A DNA stretch of 64,000 nt from Hypanus sabinus (Eukaryota). The stretch lies in the NCBI RefSeq assembly GCF_030144855.1, contig NC_082732.1, positions 24,800,001 to 24,864,000 of the forward strand, in the 5' to 3' direction. Below the pieces are notes generated by a model. It worked only from the letters and a program-made list of their open reading frames with translations. It made no database searches and was not told the origin of the DNA. This document shows positions 14,131 to 27,559 of the stretch, piece by piece (within the stretch, counting starts at the first letter, position 1; each line of letters starts with the position of its first letter). A program made the translations under genes and the position numbers.

Positions 14131-17100
14131 GACTTGTAACATTTCAGTAGGGGTTTTGTACAGTCCAGTTATAAAATGTGGACTTAAATCAGCAAGCATT
14201 CCCTAAATAAAGCCAATAAAATGATAAATTCATGATTTGTTACAACGACCATGCTTGATCTCCCTGCTGTTAGGAGGGAGCCAATCTGTAATTTAATTCA
14301 CATGCCCGAAACTGACTGTATTCACAGATTAGTCCTGCAGTCACCATGTATTTCTAAATTTCATCAGTATATTTAATGTGGTGTCCCACTGAGATAAACT
14401 TACCTTGCTCCGGTAGAATGTGTTGTAGCCATTGCTGTTCGAGGCTTTATTCCAGCTGGGTATACGGTGCATTTTTTGCCATCACTGCTCTGCGTGAGAT
14501 TCCCAAGGATTTATACAATGTGGTTTTACAATTTTCTCTCAGCTCTTTTGCAGGTGAAGGGGGTGACATTGAATTTACTGTAGAGCTTTGCCATCATGAA
14601 ACTCCTCCCCATAACGTGGTTGCAATCTCTGGTTACCTGGAGGGATATACGGCTTGAGTTCACGCTGGCCCAGATAAAGTGTGCTGTGTTAATTACACAT
14701 TTAATGACTTTCACTTGAATCTTTTAAAGTTAACTGCAAGGCAATAAGATTAAGATAGTGGAACCGTCAGTGAACATTTCGTACTAAGTATCAGTTCAGT
14801 GAAAAGAAAGTTTGCATAAGAAAAAAGGAGCAGCAGTAGGCTGGCTGGACTTCGGAGAACATTCTGACAATGACGTAGATCATGGCATTTCTCCACTTCG
14901 TTGCCATTTCCAGCTCTTCCCCACATCCCTTGATTTCTTACGTGCCCAGAAATCCATGAACACAATTACTGATTCTCATTTGGTGTCCATGATAGAAGAT
15001 TCCAAGGTTTCACCATCCTCTGCGTGAAGAAAACTTTCCTCAACTCAGTCTGAAATGGCCCACCCCATTTTCTCAAACTCTTCCCCGGTCCTACACTCCT
15101 CAGCCAGGAAACAGCCTCCCTGCCACTCCTGAATTTTCTAAGCCTCGGTCTCCTCTCATCCATCCCAACACTGGACAAGACAGTCCCAGTCAACCCTTTC
15201 TCTCCCGATGCTGGCAAACTGGGCATCCTTGGCACCAGCCTGCTGAACTTTTATTCCCTATGCTCATCCTTTCAGAGACCAAAGCCACACAGTGCCATCT
15301 CACCAAGGCCCTAAACCAGACTTCCCTACTCTCCTAGTCAACTCTTCACATAAGACCCACCATTATACAATTAGCCCTGTGTTGTGTTTCATTTGCATTT
15401 TCCCCCACGTAGCACCAAGGTGCCACTTCTTGCCCGAGGGTGACCTGCAGGCCAGCGGAGGGAAGGAGCACCTTACACCTCCTTTGGCAGAGACGCATCT
15501 CCACCCCGTCACCCTATGGTATATATACTTCGGTAATAAATGTACTTTGAACTTCTGTTTTGCTACAACTTTATTATTGTCACACTTACTAATATACAGT
15601 AAAAAAGCATCTTTTTGCAAGCCTTCTGGGCATCATTTCACAGCGTAATGTGTACAGGGGCGAACAATAACAGAATGCAGGATATGGTGTTACAATTACA
15701 GAAAGTGAAATTCAGGTAGGTGACTTGTTGATATTGATTGTGAAAAGCTGGGGGACTGCTCGGATCCTGGAGGGACCCCACATTGACAGCCTTGCGATCC
15801 ATTTATTCCCACTCCTTGATTTCTGTCCGTAAACGATCTCCATCGACATCAGTGTGGCATCCCGTTCCGTACGCGCTAACCGATCTTGACCAACCTCCAA
15901 AAGTTCAAAGTAAATCACCATATTCAACCCTGAGAATCATGTTCCTGGGGGCATACTCAGCAAATCTATAAAATAGTAACTATAACAGGATCAATCAGAG
16001 TGCAAAGGATGACAAAATGTGCAAATGCAAATATAAGTAAATAACAATAAACAAGAACATGAAGGTAATGAGATAGAGAGTCCGCAAAGTGAGACCGTTA
16101 ACCGTGGGAGCTTTTCAATGATGGGGCAAATGAGTGCAGTTATCCCCTTCTATTCATGAGCCTGATGGCTGAGGGGTAACTGTTCTTGAACCTGTTGATG
16201 CAAGTCCTGAGGCTCTTGTACCTTCTACCTGATGGCAGCAGTGAGAAGAGAGCACGACTATGGTCATGGATGCTACTCAATGGTTGGGAAGGCTTTACCC
16301 GCAATGCATTGGGCCGAATCTCTAGCGAGAGACCTTATTGAAAGCCTTTCAGAACTCCAAGCAGCTGATGTGCACCAATTCCCCCAATCTACTGCACCAG
16401 TCACACCTCAGATGACAACAGCTTGCAGCCAAGGAGTTTCAAAAGATGATCTAAATAGTTCTCAATTGTTCAAGTACCGGTCTCCAACATCCCTCAGGCT
16501 GTGCATTCCTCATTGCACGCATCCTCCGGGTGAGAAAAATTCTTTCTCAAGTTAGCTTGAAATCTCTTCTTCCTACTTCAAGCCCATGCCCTCTGGTTAT
16601 AGACAGCACTGCTAAGGGGCAAGTTCAAGTTTATTGTCATTCAACCACATGCAAGTATACAGCTAAGTGAAACAACTCTCCCGGGGATCAAGGTGTAAAA
16701 CACAATACATATACCACATACACCACAGAATAATATTAACAGGTTAAAAAGGGATTCTGTAGATGTACAAGTTGAGATAAAGTGCATATACAACATTAGT
16801 TAAATATACAACAGTATAATGTGTACTGGGATTCAGATGACTCACAGCCTGGGGGATAAAGCTGTTGCTCAGTCTGACAGCCCAGGTCCTTTTACTGCAG
16901 TACCTTCTGCCTGATGGTGGGGGTCGAAGAGATTGTGGAGCAAATGGGTGGGATCTTTTTCAATGCTGAGGCTCTGTAAACAGTGCTTCTGGTGTATGTC
17001 CTGGATGACCCTGAGGATTCACATTTTGCACTGTCTATCCAATCTCTGTCCCCCATGATGTTGTGAACTTTTCATAGGTCCCATCATTCTTGTTAAGATG

Positions 17101-17919
17101 CTCAGTTATCATATCTTTTTTCATCTCAGGTCCCTGTGTTTTCTCTACACTGATGCTGAGTGAACAGGTGGCTAGTCCCTGGTGTTCACTCTGCCTTCCA
17201 TTTGAAATAGGGCCGCCATGCAGATCCATTGGAAGATCTCCAGAGGGGAGAATTTCAAAAGCTGGCCCCACTGCACTCACCAGCTCTGCAGCCAGCTCTG
17301 TTACTTTGCTAATTATTTACCGATCACAGTCACAACCTGAGACCAACCCAAAGAGTTTGAGATGTAGTTGCTATCGGAGGGAGTTCTGGCTTAAGAGAAG
17401 TTTGGATAAGTACATGGATGGTGGAGTACGGGGGTGCTATGGTCCCAATGCAGGCCAATGGGGGGACAGTTTAAATGGCTCAGCACAGACTAGATAGGCT
17501 GAAGGGCCTGTTTCTGTGCATTACTTTTTTATGACTCCACAAATTCCTAATTCCTTGAAAGGTTTTATGGTGGTTAATTTGTCTACAGTAAAATCCCACA
17601 AGGAGCAAAAACTACTACATGAATTTCTGAGCACATTGAACATTGCAAGATGCAAGCCATTTCACAGAAATGTTTTCAAACAAAACTGACATTGTGACAG
17701 ATCATTGTTAATAGTCTGGTGGGTGGCAGTCAAAGGACTAGTGGAGGAGCTGACGATTACTGAGAAGACAGCAGAGAAAGGTGAGAGTGGTGAGGACTTT
17801 GCTCTCAAGGAGATGGGGGATGTAATTAGTATTTGTTTTATTATTACCACATAAACAGTGGAAAAACTGTTCTACTTTGTTCTGGCATCTATACAGATAA
17901 TTCCAAACTTGCTCTCAAC

Positions 17920-18300
17920 TGCAACTATTAGGTACACGTGTACACCTACTTGTTAATGCAAATGTCTAATCAGCCAATCGTGTGGCAGCAATTGAATACA
18001 TGAAAGTATGCAGACATAGTCAAGAGGTTCAGTTGTTGTTCAGACTAAACATCAGAATGGGGAAGAAATGTGATCTAAGTTACTTTGACCATGGAATGAT
18101 TGTTGGTGCCAGACAGGGTGGCTTGAGTATCTCAGAAACTGCTGATCTCCTGGGACTTTCATGCACAACAGTCTCTAGAGTTTACAGAAGATGGTGCGAT
18201 AAACAAAAAAACCTACACTGAGCAACAATTCTGTCGGGGAAAGATGCCTCATTAATGAGGGAGGTCAGAGGAGGATGGCAAGACTGGTTGAAGCTGACTA
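17920..18300 (+). mobile_element. Tc1/mariner 5' fragment
   Basis: MGKKCDLSYFDHGMIVGARQGGLSISETADLLGLS; same family as 9900-10290. A further TIR fragment lies at about 8022-8100. Confidence 0.75.
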
Positions 18301-18309
18301 GAATAGCCT

Positions 18310-18690
18310 TGCTGGATGATTCATTAAATCAATAAAAACAAGCCCTCAAGACTTCAATGGGAAGTACATCCCTCGACCAGCATCATAGCACTTTCTTGCT
18401 AGCATACCACAACATACCTCATGCCAGCACCAAAACGGCTCCACCCATTGTACTGCTGAAAAGACAGCTTCACGCCCAGCTTGACCTGCTTAGACCCTCC
18501 CAAACGCAAAACAGGTTGTGCTAAATGAACAGAAAACCCAAGCAAAGAGGTGGGCCAAAGTGAAGTACAGAGGGTTCACAGCAGGAGAAAGAGTACTCAC
18601 CCTGAACTACATTTCTGGAACAAAGTTAGTACCCTTGATGTCAGTGGCACAAGCCAGTTCTGTGTTGTAAACTAGTAACCACAACATCTG
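18310..18690 (+). mobile_element. Gypsy integrase C-terminal remnant
   Basis: Translates as FLLAYHNIPHASTKTAP..LLKRQLHAQLDLLRP and RGFTAGERVLTLNY, matching Gypsy integrase C-terminal motifs. Confidence 0.65.
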
Positions 18691-18896
18691 GAGCCCACTC
18701 AGCCCACTGCTCTACTCCCTCTATATCCATGACTGTGTGGCCAAGTGCAGCTCAAATACCATCTATAAATTTGCTGATGACATAATAATTAATGGTAGAA
18801 TCTCAGATAGGGATGAGGGCATACAGGAGCAAGATATACCAGCTAGTTGAGTGGTGTCGCAGCAACAACCTTGCATTCAATATCAGTAAAACCAAG

Positions 18897-21815
18897 GTTA
18901 AATGTCTCAGTGATCAAATTTCCCCCTTTCGCAGACAATTCCTCCCCAGCTTATCTCACAGGGACACTAGACATGACCGTCACCGGGAAGGGATGTGCCA
19001 GGAGCATGCCCTGCCTGAGGGTGACCTCCCTCTCCTAAGTGTTCCTGACAATCACTGTCATCCTGCTCTCCTGTTCAACGAGGGCTTCTGCAGTTCGAGC
19101 CTCACCAGTACCCCAGCAAGGACGCCCAACTCCTGTTCGTGGTCTTCCGGTGGGTCCACCAAGAGGGCCTCGGCCTCGTGCACTCTGAGAAATCTGGGGT
19201 TTCCCATTGCTCTCGCTACCCCCAGGCTGTAACACAATTAGCTTTGACTGGGTGAACCACACAGTCCCTCATCTAAGCTCAGTGCAGCCACACACTTCCT
19301 TAAAAGCAGCTCAAAACACCGGGTAAACAGACAATGTCTTCAGGAAGCTCTCTCCAGCTCTCTCCTTGCAGGCTCCTATTAGCCTCCTCACAAAAGGACA
19401 CTTTGTCCCCACAAGAGTTGAAACGCCACCCTTCTCAACGGAGTCCGGACAAACCAGTATCGAGAACCTCAGCCACCTGTCTCCAAAAACTTCAACTTCA
19501 CTGACAAATAACCATCACACGGGTAATCACCCACTGAGACCCCAGATCTCTTCAACTTCACTGACAAATGACCATCACATGGGTAATCACCCACTGAGAC
19601 CCCAGATCTCTTCAACTTCACTGACAAATGAACATCACATGGGTAATCACCCACTGAGACCCAAGATCTCTTGCACACTCAGTGGTGTCAATTGCAAACA
19701 TGTCGAATACTGGTTGTAAAACGAGCGGTACAGCAAAGTGACCAGCGACCCTGTATCAAGTACGGCTCTAGCATAAATACCCTTTATCTGTAGCGATACA
19801 CTGGAGTTTGGCCCCACTAAGCCTTCAGGAATAGGGTATTTTGCTTTAGGGTGTTCTTTGATATATTGCTGGGAATATGCTCCCCCGGGACATCAGGCTG
19901 TCCCCTTCTCATGGGACCCTAGCTGCTAGAAGCCCTCTGTGTAGTCCGTCCCCTTAGAGGGGCCATCATAGGGGGACCCGCACCCATTGATAACAACCGG
20001 GACATCTCAGTTCTCAACTCTGCCACGATCTCCTCTACCACTCCCCGGGTTGGGCTCTCCATGGTCACTTCAACACAGGGGGCTACTACTGAAGACTGTA
20101 CCCTGCTGACAGAGACCACCCCCCCCCCACCATCTCTGATGCGTCCTCCTCCTCCTCCCGCACTTCTCTGATCAGGTCAGCAAATGGGGGGGTGCATCTT
20201 AGCAGACAGTTGGAGACCCCAAGCGATCTGATTCTGGGACTGGCCATCATTCGTTATCTGGTCCATTCTTAACTGACCCACCTCAGCCATCTGAATGGCC
20301 CCTCTGCACCACAAGTAATTTAGCTGCCTCTCCAGCTGAAAAATGTAGGCAGAAAGCTTCCACCCCCCTCCTGATGCATGTTCTGAAACCCCACCAGGAG
20401 CCCCACTGGGCTTCCTGTGCACCGGACACCTTTCCTAGTGCTTGCACGGAGGCTGCAGAGGTGGCAAAGGGCTCTCACATCAGCAGCCCGCCCTCTCAAA
20501 CTTTCAACCAATCGCTGTTGTTTTACGTCATCAGAGGACTGCCACTCGTCCAACAACTGCTCCGCCCACGCCTCATACTCCTCTTCCCCTTTAGGGGTGG
20601 GCTTCGTTCCTGGGAACAGGCTGAGCCTACGATAGCTGGGACTTTGAATCTGAGCATTTTTTCATTTATTCGCCAGGAAGGTGAGGGCCGCTACCAACTC
20701 AGAGTCTTCACTCCTCGCTGGGGGACATTAGACATTCCAAATCAGACCACTCCTTCCCCTTGCTCCAGAAACATGAGAACCCTGTCTGAAGTCCCTGCCC
20801 CCAGCTACGGGAGTCTCAACTTGTGATTTGGCCCACTCTCCTCCTCCTGGAAAGTATGGACAGTCCATGCCCCCATCTCCTGGGGCCCCAATAGTACCAG
20901 GCAGTCCCACTACCGTTATGTCAGCACTACTCTGGACTAAAACAAAGTCTTTGCTCACCATTTTATCAAACCTGCACCCCACAATCGTAACTGTTCCTAC
21001 GGCTTTAACAGTACTTAAAATTTGAATTAAGAATTCATCAGACTTACAAATGTCTACCCCACTCAACACACACACATTCGTTACCAGAAACCCTGTGGAT
21101 TCGCACCACCGCTCAACCCGAGTAGCATCCATAATCATGTACCGTAATCACTTGACCGAACTGTAGTTTAGCACAGACTTAAACACAGCCCCTTGGACCA
21201 ATGCTCAGAGTCCTCACACAGCATACAATTAAACCGATCCCGGATGAGCCCCCACAATTGTAACACTCCAGTTCCGTCGACTGCGTAAGTTTAGGGAAGA
21301 CAATCTCCGACCCCGCCAAACGTGAGAGATTGAGGTGCAAGCCCATCAGAACCCCCTGCTTGTGTGGACGCTGTGTGGTTTGTTACTGTGTTACAAATAA
21401 GTAGCATAAAATAAGACGGTACACCACATACAATCAAACCATTTAGCTTTATAATTCTTAATTTGACTAAAGGGGTAGTAACGATAAAGCAAAACAGAGA
21501 AAAGGGTCCATTTTAATGAAACATTTGGAGCTCACAGCTTCCTCTTCACCGATCCTCTTTCAATCTCCCCGGGCTTCGTCGAATCGCTCCGGGTCGAGTC
21601 CTACGACCTCTTCTCTCTGGCGTTTTCTCCCTTCATCTCCCACCAAACAAAAGACCCAGCTCACCCCAATGTGTCAGGCACACAACACGAAAACACTCTC
21701 CCTTCATTGGATGGATCATGTTCCAGAGCACCTGTTATCTCTTAACCATAACCCAAGCACTGCTCCTTCAGCAAGACAATTATGTTAGCAGTGAACCCTT
21801 CCCCAGGGTGTTACA
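18897..21815 (-). mobile_element. Truncated Gypsy LTR retrotransposon (5' LTR, PBS, PNMA-like gag, protease; RT, IN and 3' LTR missing)
   Basis: LTR 21259-21815 bounded by TGTAACAC...GTGTTACA. PBS 21237-21254 TGGGGGCTCATCCGGGAT matches the tRNA-Pro PBS at 17/18. Gag reads MDATRVERWC...GEEEYEAWAEQ..EWQSSDDVKQQRLVESLRGRAAD with frameshifts. Protease LDTGS at 19746-19760. Confidence 0.88.
19490..19671. repeat. 3 x 60-bp tandem repeat inside the Gypsy protease region
   Basis: The unit cttcaacttcactgacaaat..ccatcac..gggtaatcacccactgagaccccagatct occurs three times. Confidence 0.92.
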
Positions 21816-23726
21816 CATCCACCACCAAGAGATAAAGTGACTTTGGCATCAGCCCCGGGCCATTGGTACCCTCACAGGAACGTGCGGCTGGCCCCATCTC
21901 TAGTCTGGTGACTAACCCTCAGCACATGGGACAGAATAATCCCCAGGGTTATATTTGAAAGAGGCAGTCTACCCTCTTTCCCTAATTTAGAAAAAAAAAG
22001 ATGTTTTGTTGTTGGTTGAATTTGATGATTACACCATTGAATGTTATCGGTAAAGCAGCTGGTGTGTGAATGAGAAGGGGGAGAAAGAGAGTAAGGGAGC
22101 ACAAATATGTATTATGTATGTTTTGACCTTTACAGGTTGCTGTCGAGCTTCCGTGCGTGTTATGTACTGAGTAATGTGACAGGGCGTTCTGGGAAGACTT
22201 ACAAGTAAAATAAACAGTGCGCATCTTGTTCCTTCCCCACCGTCTCTTGCATGTTATTTACAGCTTCCCAGTATCACAAACATAACATGGAGAATGTAGT
22301 CAGTCATCAAAAGGATTATTTGAAGGCGGTCCACTATCTACACCAGGTGTCTGCACTGATTTACGGTCAATCAATAGAACATGGCAGCATACACTGGATC
22401 AATTCCTCCGTCAGTAACTATTAGAAACTAAAACAGTTTATAGAACTGTGTTCTAAATTGTTCCATTTCATTTAAATGGATAATTTGTTACTCAGTTAAA
22501 CAGTGGCGTGTCTTTTTTTAAAATAGCTTAACTATTTCCATGAAACTTCGGGTAATTGGGCAGCCACTTAATTGGGCCAAAACGTATTGTCACGCTATGT
22601 CCCAATTAACCAGAATCCACCGCATTATTTTCTGGTTTCCGCACATTGATTGCTTTCAGTCTTTGGCTGTTTATTATCATTTTTTTTTGTAAATTCAATC
22701 ACATTTCTTCTTTAAAATGCCTGCAGGAAAATGAGTCACAAGGTAACATACACCTTGGTAAGGTAACATATACATGCTTCAATAACGAATTGACTTCGAA
22801 CTTATAGGATTGTACAGTTGGAATATTGAAGATGCATTCCACATCTAGTTCAGCGACTAAATGGAGGGTGAGGACTTGATTAATCATCCGGGTGAGTGCC
22901 GAAAGGGTCCCACTGAAAACAGTTCAACACAACCTTGGACTACTGAACCTCATTGTGCCACTTTATAAACTGTGCGGTTACCAGCAAGGATTTCAAAGCA
23001 CCCAAGAGTTAACAACGGAAGGACAAAGAGGCTCGTGAGCAGCACACAACGTGCGGTTCAGGGCAACACTTGAAACTTGGCCAGGAAGTTCACACACTTC
23101 AGAGGGGCTGACGTGTTTGACAAGAGCACGTGCGTGAGGTCAGAAGTGGCGGGTAAGCAGTAGGTCGTAGATTACTGTTTATCTTCAGCAAAAAGCTCAG
23201 AAAACAATTATACTGAACAAGAAATGGGGGCGTCTACGTCGGCTGGAGAAGATTCCTGATGGTATCTCACAGGCTGCTGTTCCAAATCGGCATGTTAATT
23301 GAAAAATCAAAAAAAAATGGAAGTCTTAAAAACCAAAATAGAAAAGGTGGAAGTGCTTGGCAGATCAGCTTGCATCTGTGGGAAGAGGAGTCAACAATTT
23401 TGGTCAAAGCTGATCGCCTAACTTTGGGTGCCACCTGCAGGAGAGACTTGGCTGTACAGAGCATCACCAGGAAGGGAATACCTCACAGAAAGCACAGAAG
23501 CAACAATCTGGAAGCGAAACTTGTCTTTTATTTAGAGACACAGCATGGCAACAGGCCTTAATGGCCCAGCAAGCCAATTACACCCATGTGACCAATTAAC
23601 CCACGACTTTCTGGAATGTGGGAGGGAAGTGGAGTCAGCCAGAGGAAACCCATGCACTGCCCCCCCCCCACCAACTCTTTTCATTTGATCCCATAGTTCT
23701 CACGTATTCTGGCTTCCCCTTAAGTC

Positions 23727-23996
23727 AGGGTTGTGTCGTGGTTAGCGCGATGCGTTTACAGTACAGGGTGTCAGAGTTCAATTTTGATGCCAATTGTAAG
23801 TCCCTCCCCATGAACGCATGCGTTTCCTGTGGCTGCTCCGGTTTCCTTCCACATTCCGAAGACCTGTCGCTTAGCAGGTTCATGGGTCATTGTAAATAGC
23901 CCTGTGATTAGGTTGGGGTTAAAAAAGTGGGGGTTGCTGGGCAATGAGGCTCCTTGGGCCTGAACAGCCCACTCACAGTGTTTCTCTGAATAAACT
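23727..23996 (+). mobile_element. tRNA-derived SINE (V-SINE/HE1-like); related copies at about 12168-12435 (+), 46105-46412 (-) and 61145-61405 (+)
   Basis: tRNA-like head, central ggtttcct..gctccggtttcct.ccaca core, CR1-like tail. Confidence 0.6.
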
Positions 23997-25314
23997 CGGT
24001 CTTACACACCCTCCATCGAGGCTGCCCTTGAAGTAAATCTAGGAGGAGATGGCTGAACGTTTCACTGCACAACCGGGCACGGGAGATTCCGCAGCTTGGG
24101 TGGGTGAGCAACAGACATAGCATGCTGGGAGGAACTCAGCCAGGAAGGCAGCTTCGAGGGAGGGAACCGAACAGCTGACATTTCAGACCAAGGCCCTGCA
24201 TCCAGACAGGAAAGGAAAGGGGCAGAAGATAGAATAAAAACGTTGGGGCTGAGGGGGCAGGTGGTAGGAGAGTACAGGTGTGGGAGGTAAGTGGGTTGGG
24301 AGGGAATGAAAGGGAATGATGGGGAGAAGCTAAGAGATGGAAGAGGTACACAGTGGGTGCTTTTTAGGTAGCAACCAGGCAATTTGTGGTTCAGAATCAA
24401 TTTCCATCTATGAATGTGTTTGTTTAAGTGATACAGTTTGAACAGAATACACAAGAGTATCTCCACATGCATGACATATGAACCCAGTGATCCCACGCAA
24501 CACAGCTGGATGATGTCTGTATTGTGTTCAGGCAGAGGCTCCACTGTTCAATGCAATCGGGAAACACATTTAACATTCACTTCTGAATATGTACGGGAAA
24601 CTTTCTCTTAACAGCAGGCACGCGAATTGCACCCTGGCTTTTTAACTGGGTGGCACACAAGGCCATTCAGCCCCTTCAGTCTATTCCACCCATCAGTAGA
24701 ATCAGGGTTGATCATCTATCACAACATTGAATTTACGGCCTCTCTCCATACACGTTGGTGCCTTTTGCAATGTTTAGAACAGGGGTAGGCAAAGGTATTT
24801 TGACCGGCCCGCGAGCACATATTGGAATACTATGCTTATCCGGCCCGCCAGCGATTTTCCTTTATTCTGAATGTTTCACACGACCACACTGATGGACATG
24901 CACGGCATCTTGTTACACTGACCCCAGACCAAACACTGGTATATACGAGTGATGGGATGGCAGACGACCTTATAAATATGTATTAGATACTCTCCGTGCA
25001 AACGCAGGTTTTCAGATGGGATCATTCAAATTTGTAAACAGAAACAGCATCACTGTGTTTTAACAAGAAATCCACACTAAATATACGTGTTGAATGAATC
25101 GCGTTTCGAAATAAAATCAAAGAAAAAAGATCTAATGGCTATGAATGCAAAACGCAGGAAGGTAGACGCTGAGTGCCAAAATTTCCACTTAACTTTCAGT
25201 GAAAATTCCAGTGAAAATGAAGGAAATACCCGTGTCAGCTATGAAGTCTCGAAACGTATTGCTGAAAAGATGAAGACTTTTACAGATGAGCCTTTGTGAA
25301 AGAATGTTTACTGA

Positions 25315-25630
25315 CAGACAGGCATACTTTATTGATCCCGAGGGAAACTGGGTTTTGTTACAGTTGCACCAACCAAGAATAGAGTAGAAATATAGCATAT
25401 AAAACCATAAATAATTAAATAATAATAGGTAAATTATGTCAAGTGGAAATAAGTCCAGGACCAGCCTATTGGCTCAGGGTGTCTGACATTCCGAGGGAGG
25501 AGTTGTAAAGTTTGATGGCCACAGGCAGGAATGACTTCCTATGACGCTCAGCGTTGCATCTCGGTTGCATCAGTGTTGCATGAGTCTCTGGCTGAACGTA
25601 CTCCTGTGCCTAACCAGTACGTTATGGAGT
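25315..25630 (-). mobile_element. Rex1/Babar-like LINE 3' end inserted into the hAT transposase
   Basis: Splits VKECLL from DIVCPEK; begins with a reversed tail tactttattgatcccgagggaaa. Confidence 0.65.
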
Positions 25631-27355
25631 GGATGGATATTGTTTGTCCTGAAAAGAAATTTTCATTTGCATCTATCAGCCTGTCAGCAAGAACGATCTC
25701 ACGGCGAATTGAAGAGATCTCAGCCGATGTTAAAAGTTGTTTAAGGGACGCCTGCAACGAATTGCCATTTTTTTTTCAGTTGCCTGTGATGAGAGCACAG
25801 ACTTGAGAGACACTGCTTGGCTTGCAGTGTTTGTGTGAGGAGTGACGTCAACTTTTCACATTTTTGAAGAGTTTATTCAATTAATTCCTATGAAGGATGC
25901 GGTTACTGGAGCAGACATTTCTGAAGCTTCGTTGAAAGTGATGTCAGAAATGAAACTGGATGTGTCAAAGCTAATTGGCATCACAACTGATGGGGCACCA
26001 GCGACGGTGGGACAGAGAAAAAGCATCATGGCATTGCTGCAAGGACAAATGGAGTCACACAGAAACTGGTTAACATTCATTGTGTTATCCGTCAAGAAGC
26101 ATCATGTGCCAAGTCTTTGAAATTAAAGGATGTTATGGACACTGTTGTGAAGGCAGTGAATCTGATCCTATCTTGTGGATTGAATCATCGTCAGTTTCAG
26201 CAGTTTTTGTTGGATACGGAGGCAGAACATGAGGACCTGGCTTATTTCTGCAATGTATTAGCCGGGGGTCAATGCTAGAAAGGATATTTGCATTGTGTGA
26301 AGAGGTGGCAATATTCCTTGAAAGCAAAAATGAGGATGCTTCACATTTTCGTGATCCTGACTGGCTTGCAACCTTGGCATTTCCTGTGGACATTACATCT
26401 CATTTAAATAACTTGAATTTACAACTTCAAGGGGAAAAAAAATCAGCTGATACACAAGATGTCTGGTCATACGGTGGGCTCTGAAAGAAAGCTGCAATTG
26501 TGGGAGTACCAGCTTCAAAAAGGAAATTGTGAACATTTTCCCACTTTTTAAAAAAAGTAAAGCACAAGATCCAGGCATTTATATGAATATGGTCCAAGAA
26601 TTGAGAAAAGAGTTTTCATCTCGTTTTGCTGATTTTCACTTGCATGGAAATGAGTTCAGGCCGTTTCCTACTCCATTTGACGTGGAAGTGTACACTGCAT
26701 CAGAGATTTTTCAAATGGAATTGACTGAGATGCAGTGTGATGACATATTGAGATTGAAATTTCATTCTGACGATGTGTCAGTGCTTTACTTCTATAGAAA
26801 ATATATTAATCCAAGTGGGAAGTATCCTAACTTAGTGGACCACACAGAAAAGATGGCATCATTGTTTGGCAGCACTTGTCTGTGTGAGCAATTATTTTCA
26901 AAAATGAAGCACCAAAAACCATTTGAGAACAAGATTGGCTGATGCCCATCTGGATAATGTCCTGCTCTTGGCATCAACAAGACTGACACCCAAAATGGAG
27001 AAGCTTTCAAGCAACAGAAGCATCAATTTTCACATTGATTTATCGACTGTTTGCATTAAAATTTTCTTTCTTATTATACTTAATTTACCACCATTCAATG
27101 CATCATGTTCATAAATTTTATGTTAAAAGATTCTTTGTGTCCTTTTAATAGATTCAAAAGATGCCTTGATTGAAATAAATTGCAACCAAATGGAGTTCTT
27201 TGATTACTAATTGGCATCCTTGGTTAAGCACAGCTGATTTTCTAGCATGCGTTATTCATTAACTTGAGGCAAAACATAACTAGATGTATTTAAATCGATA
27301 ATTCCCATATTTCAAGTGTTTTATGGCATTTATCTGGCCCACCATCTGCTCATTA

Positions 27356-27559
27356 CAGGTGCCCCCCCCCCCTTTACAAAGGTAGAGCATTCCTATGAAA
27401 CCTTTCTTTAGCTGAAATGGCATAAAGTGATAACTTACATGGGAAAGATGGTTGTAAAAGCGAAAATCCTCTTTGTAATGTGAAAACAGGTTACTAATGT
27501 AGGTCTTTTTTAAAAGCAAGGCAGTGTAAAGCGAACATTCGTAAAGCGGGGGGATCCTG
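27356..27559. mobile_element. Tigger/pogo-type MITE nested in the hAT 3' region
   Basis: TIR caggtgcccc..ctttac and gtaaagcggggggatcctg, preceded by TA. Confidence 0.7.

Noticed and set aside
19228-19235. TGTAACAC as the edge of a second LTR of the Gypsy element
   Set aside because: The following sequence does not match the 21259-21815 LTR, and pol-like sequence continues through it.
19900-21138. Domesticated PNMA-like host gene
   Set aside because: It is frameshifted and sits between an LTR/PBS and a protease, so it is a decayed retrotransposon.
25087-27040. GTF2IRD2/ZBED-type host gene
   Set aside because: It is bounded by TIRs and a TSD, has multiple frameshifts, and is interrupted by a LINE.
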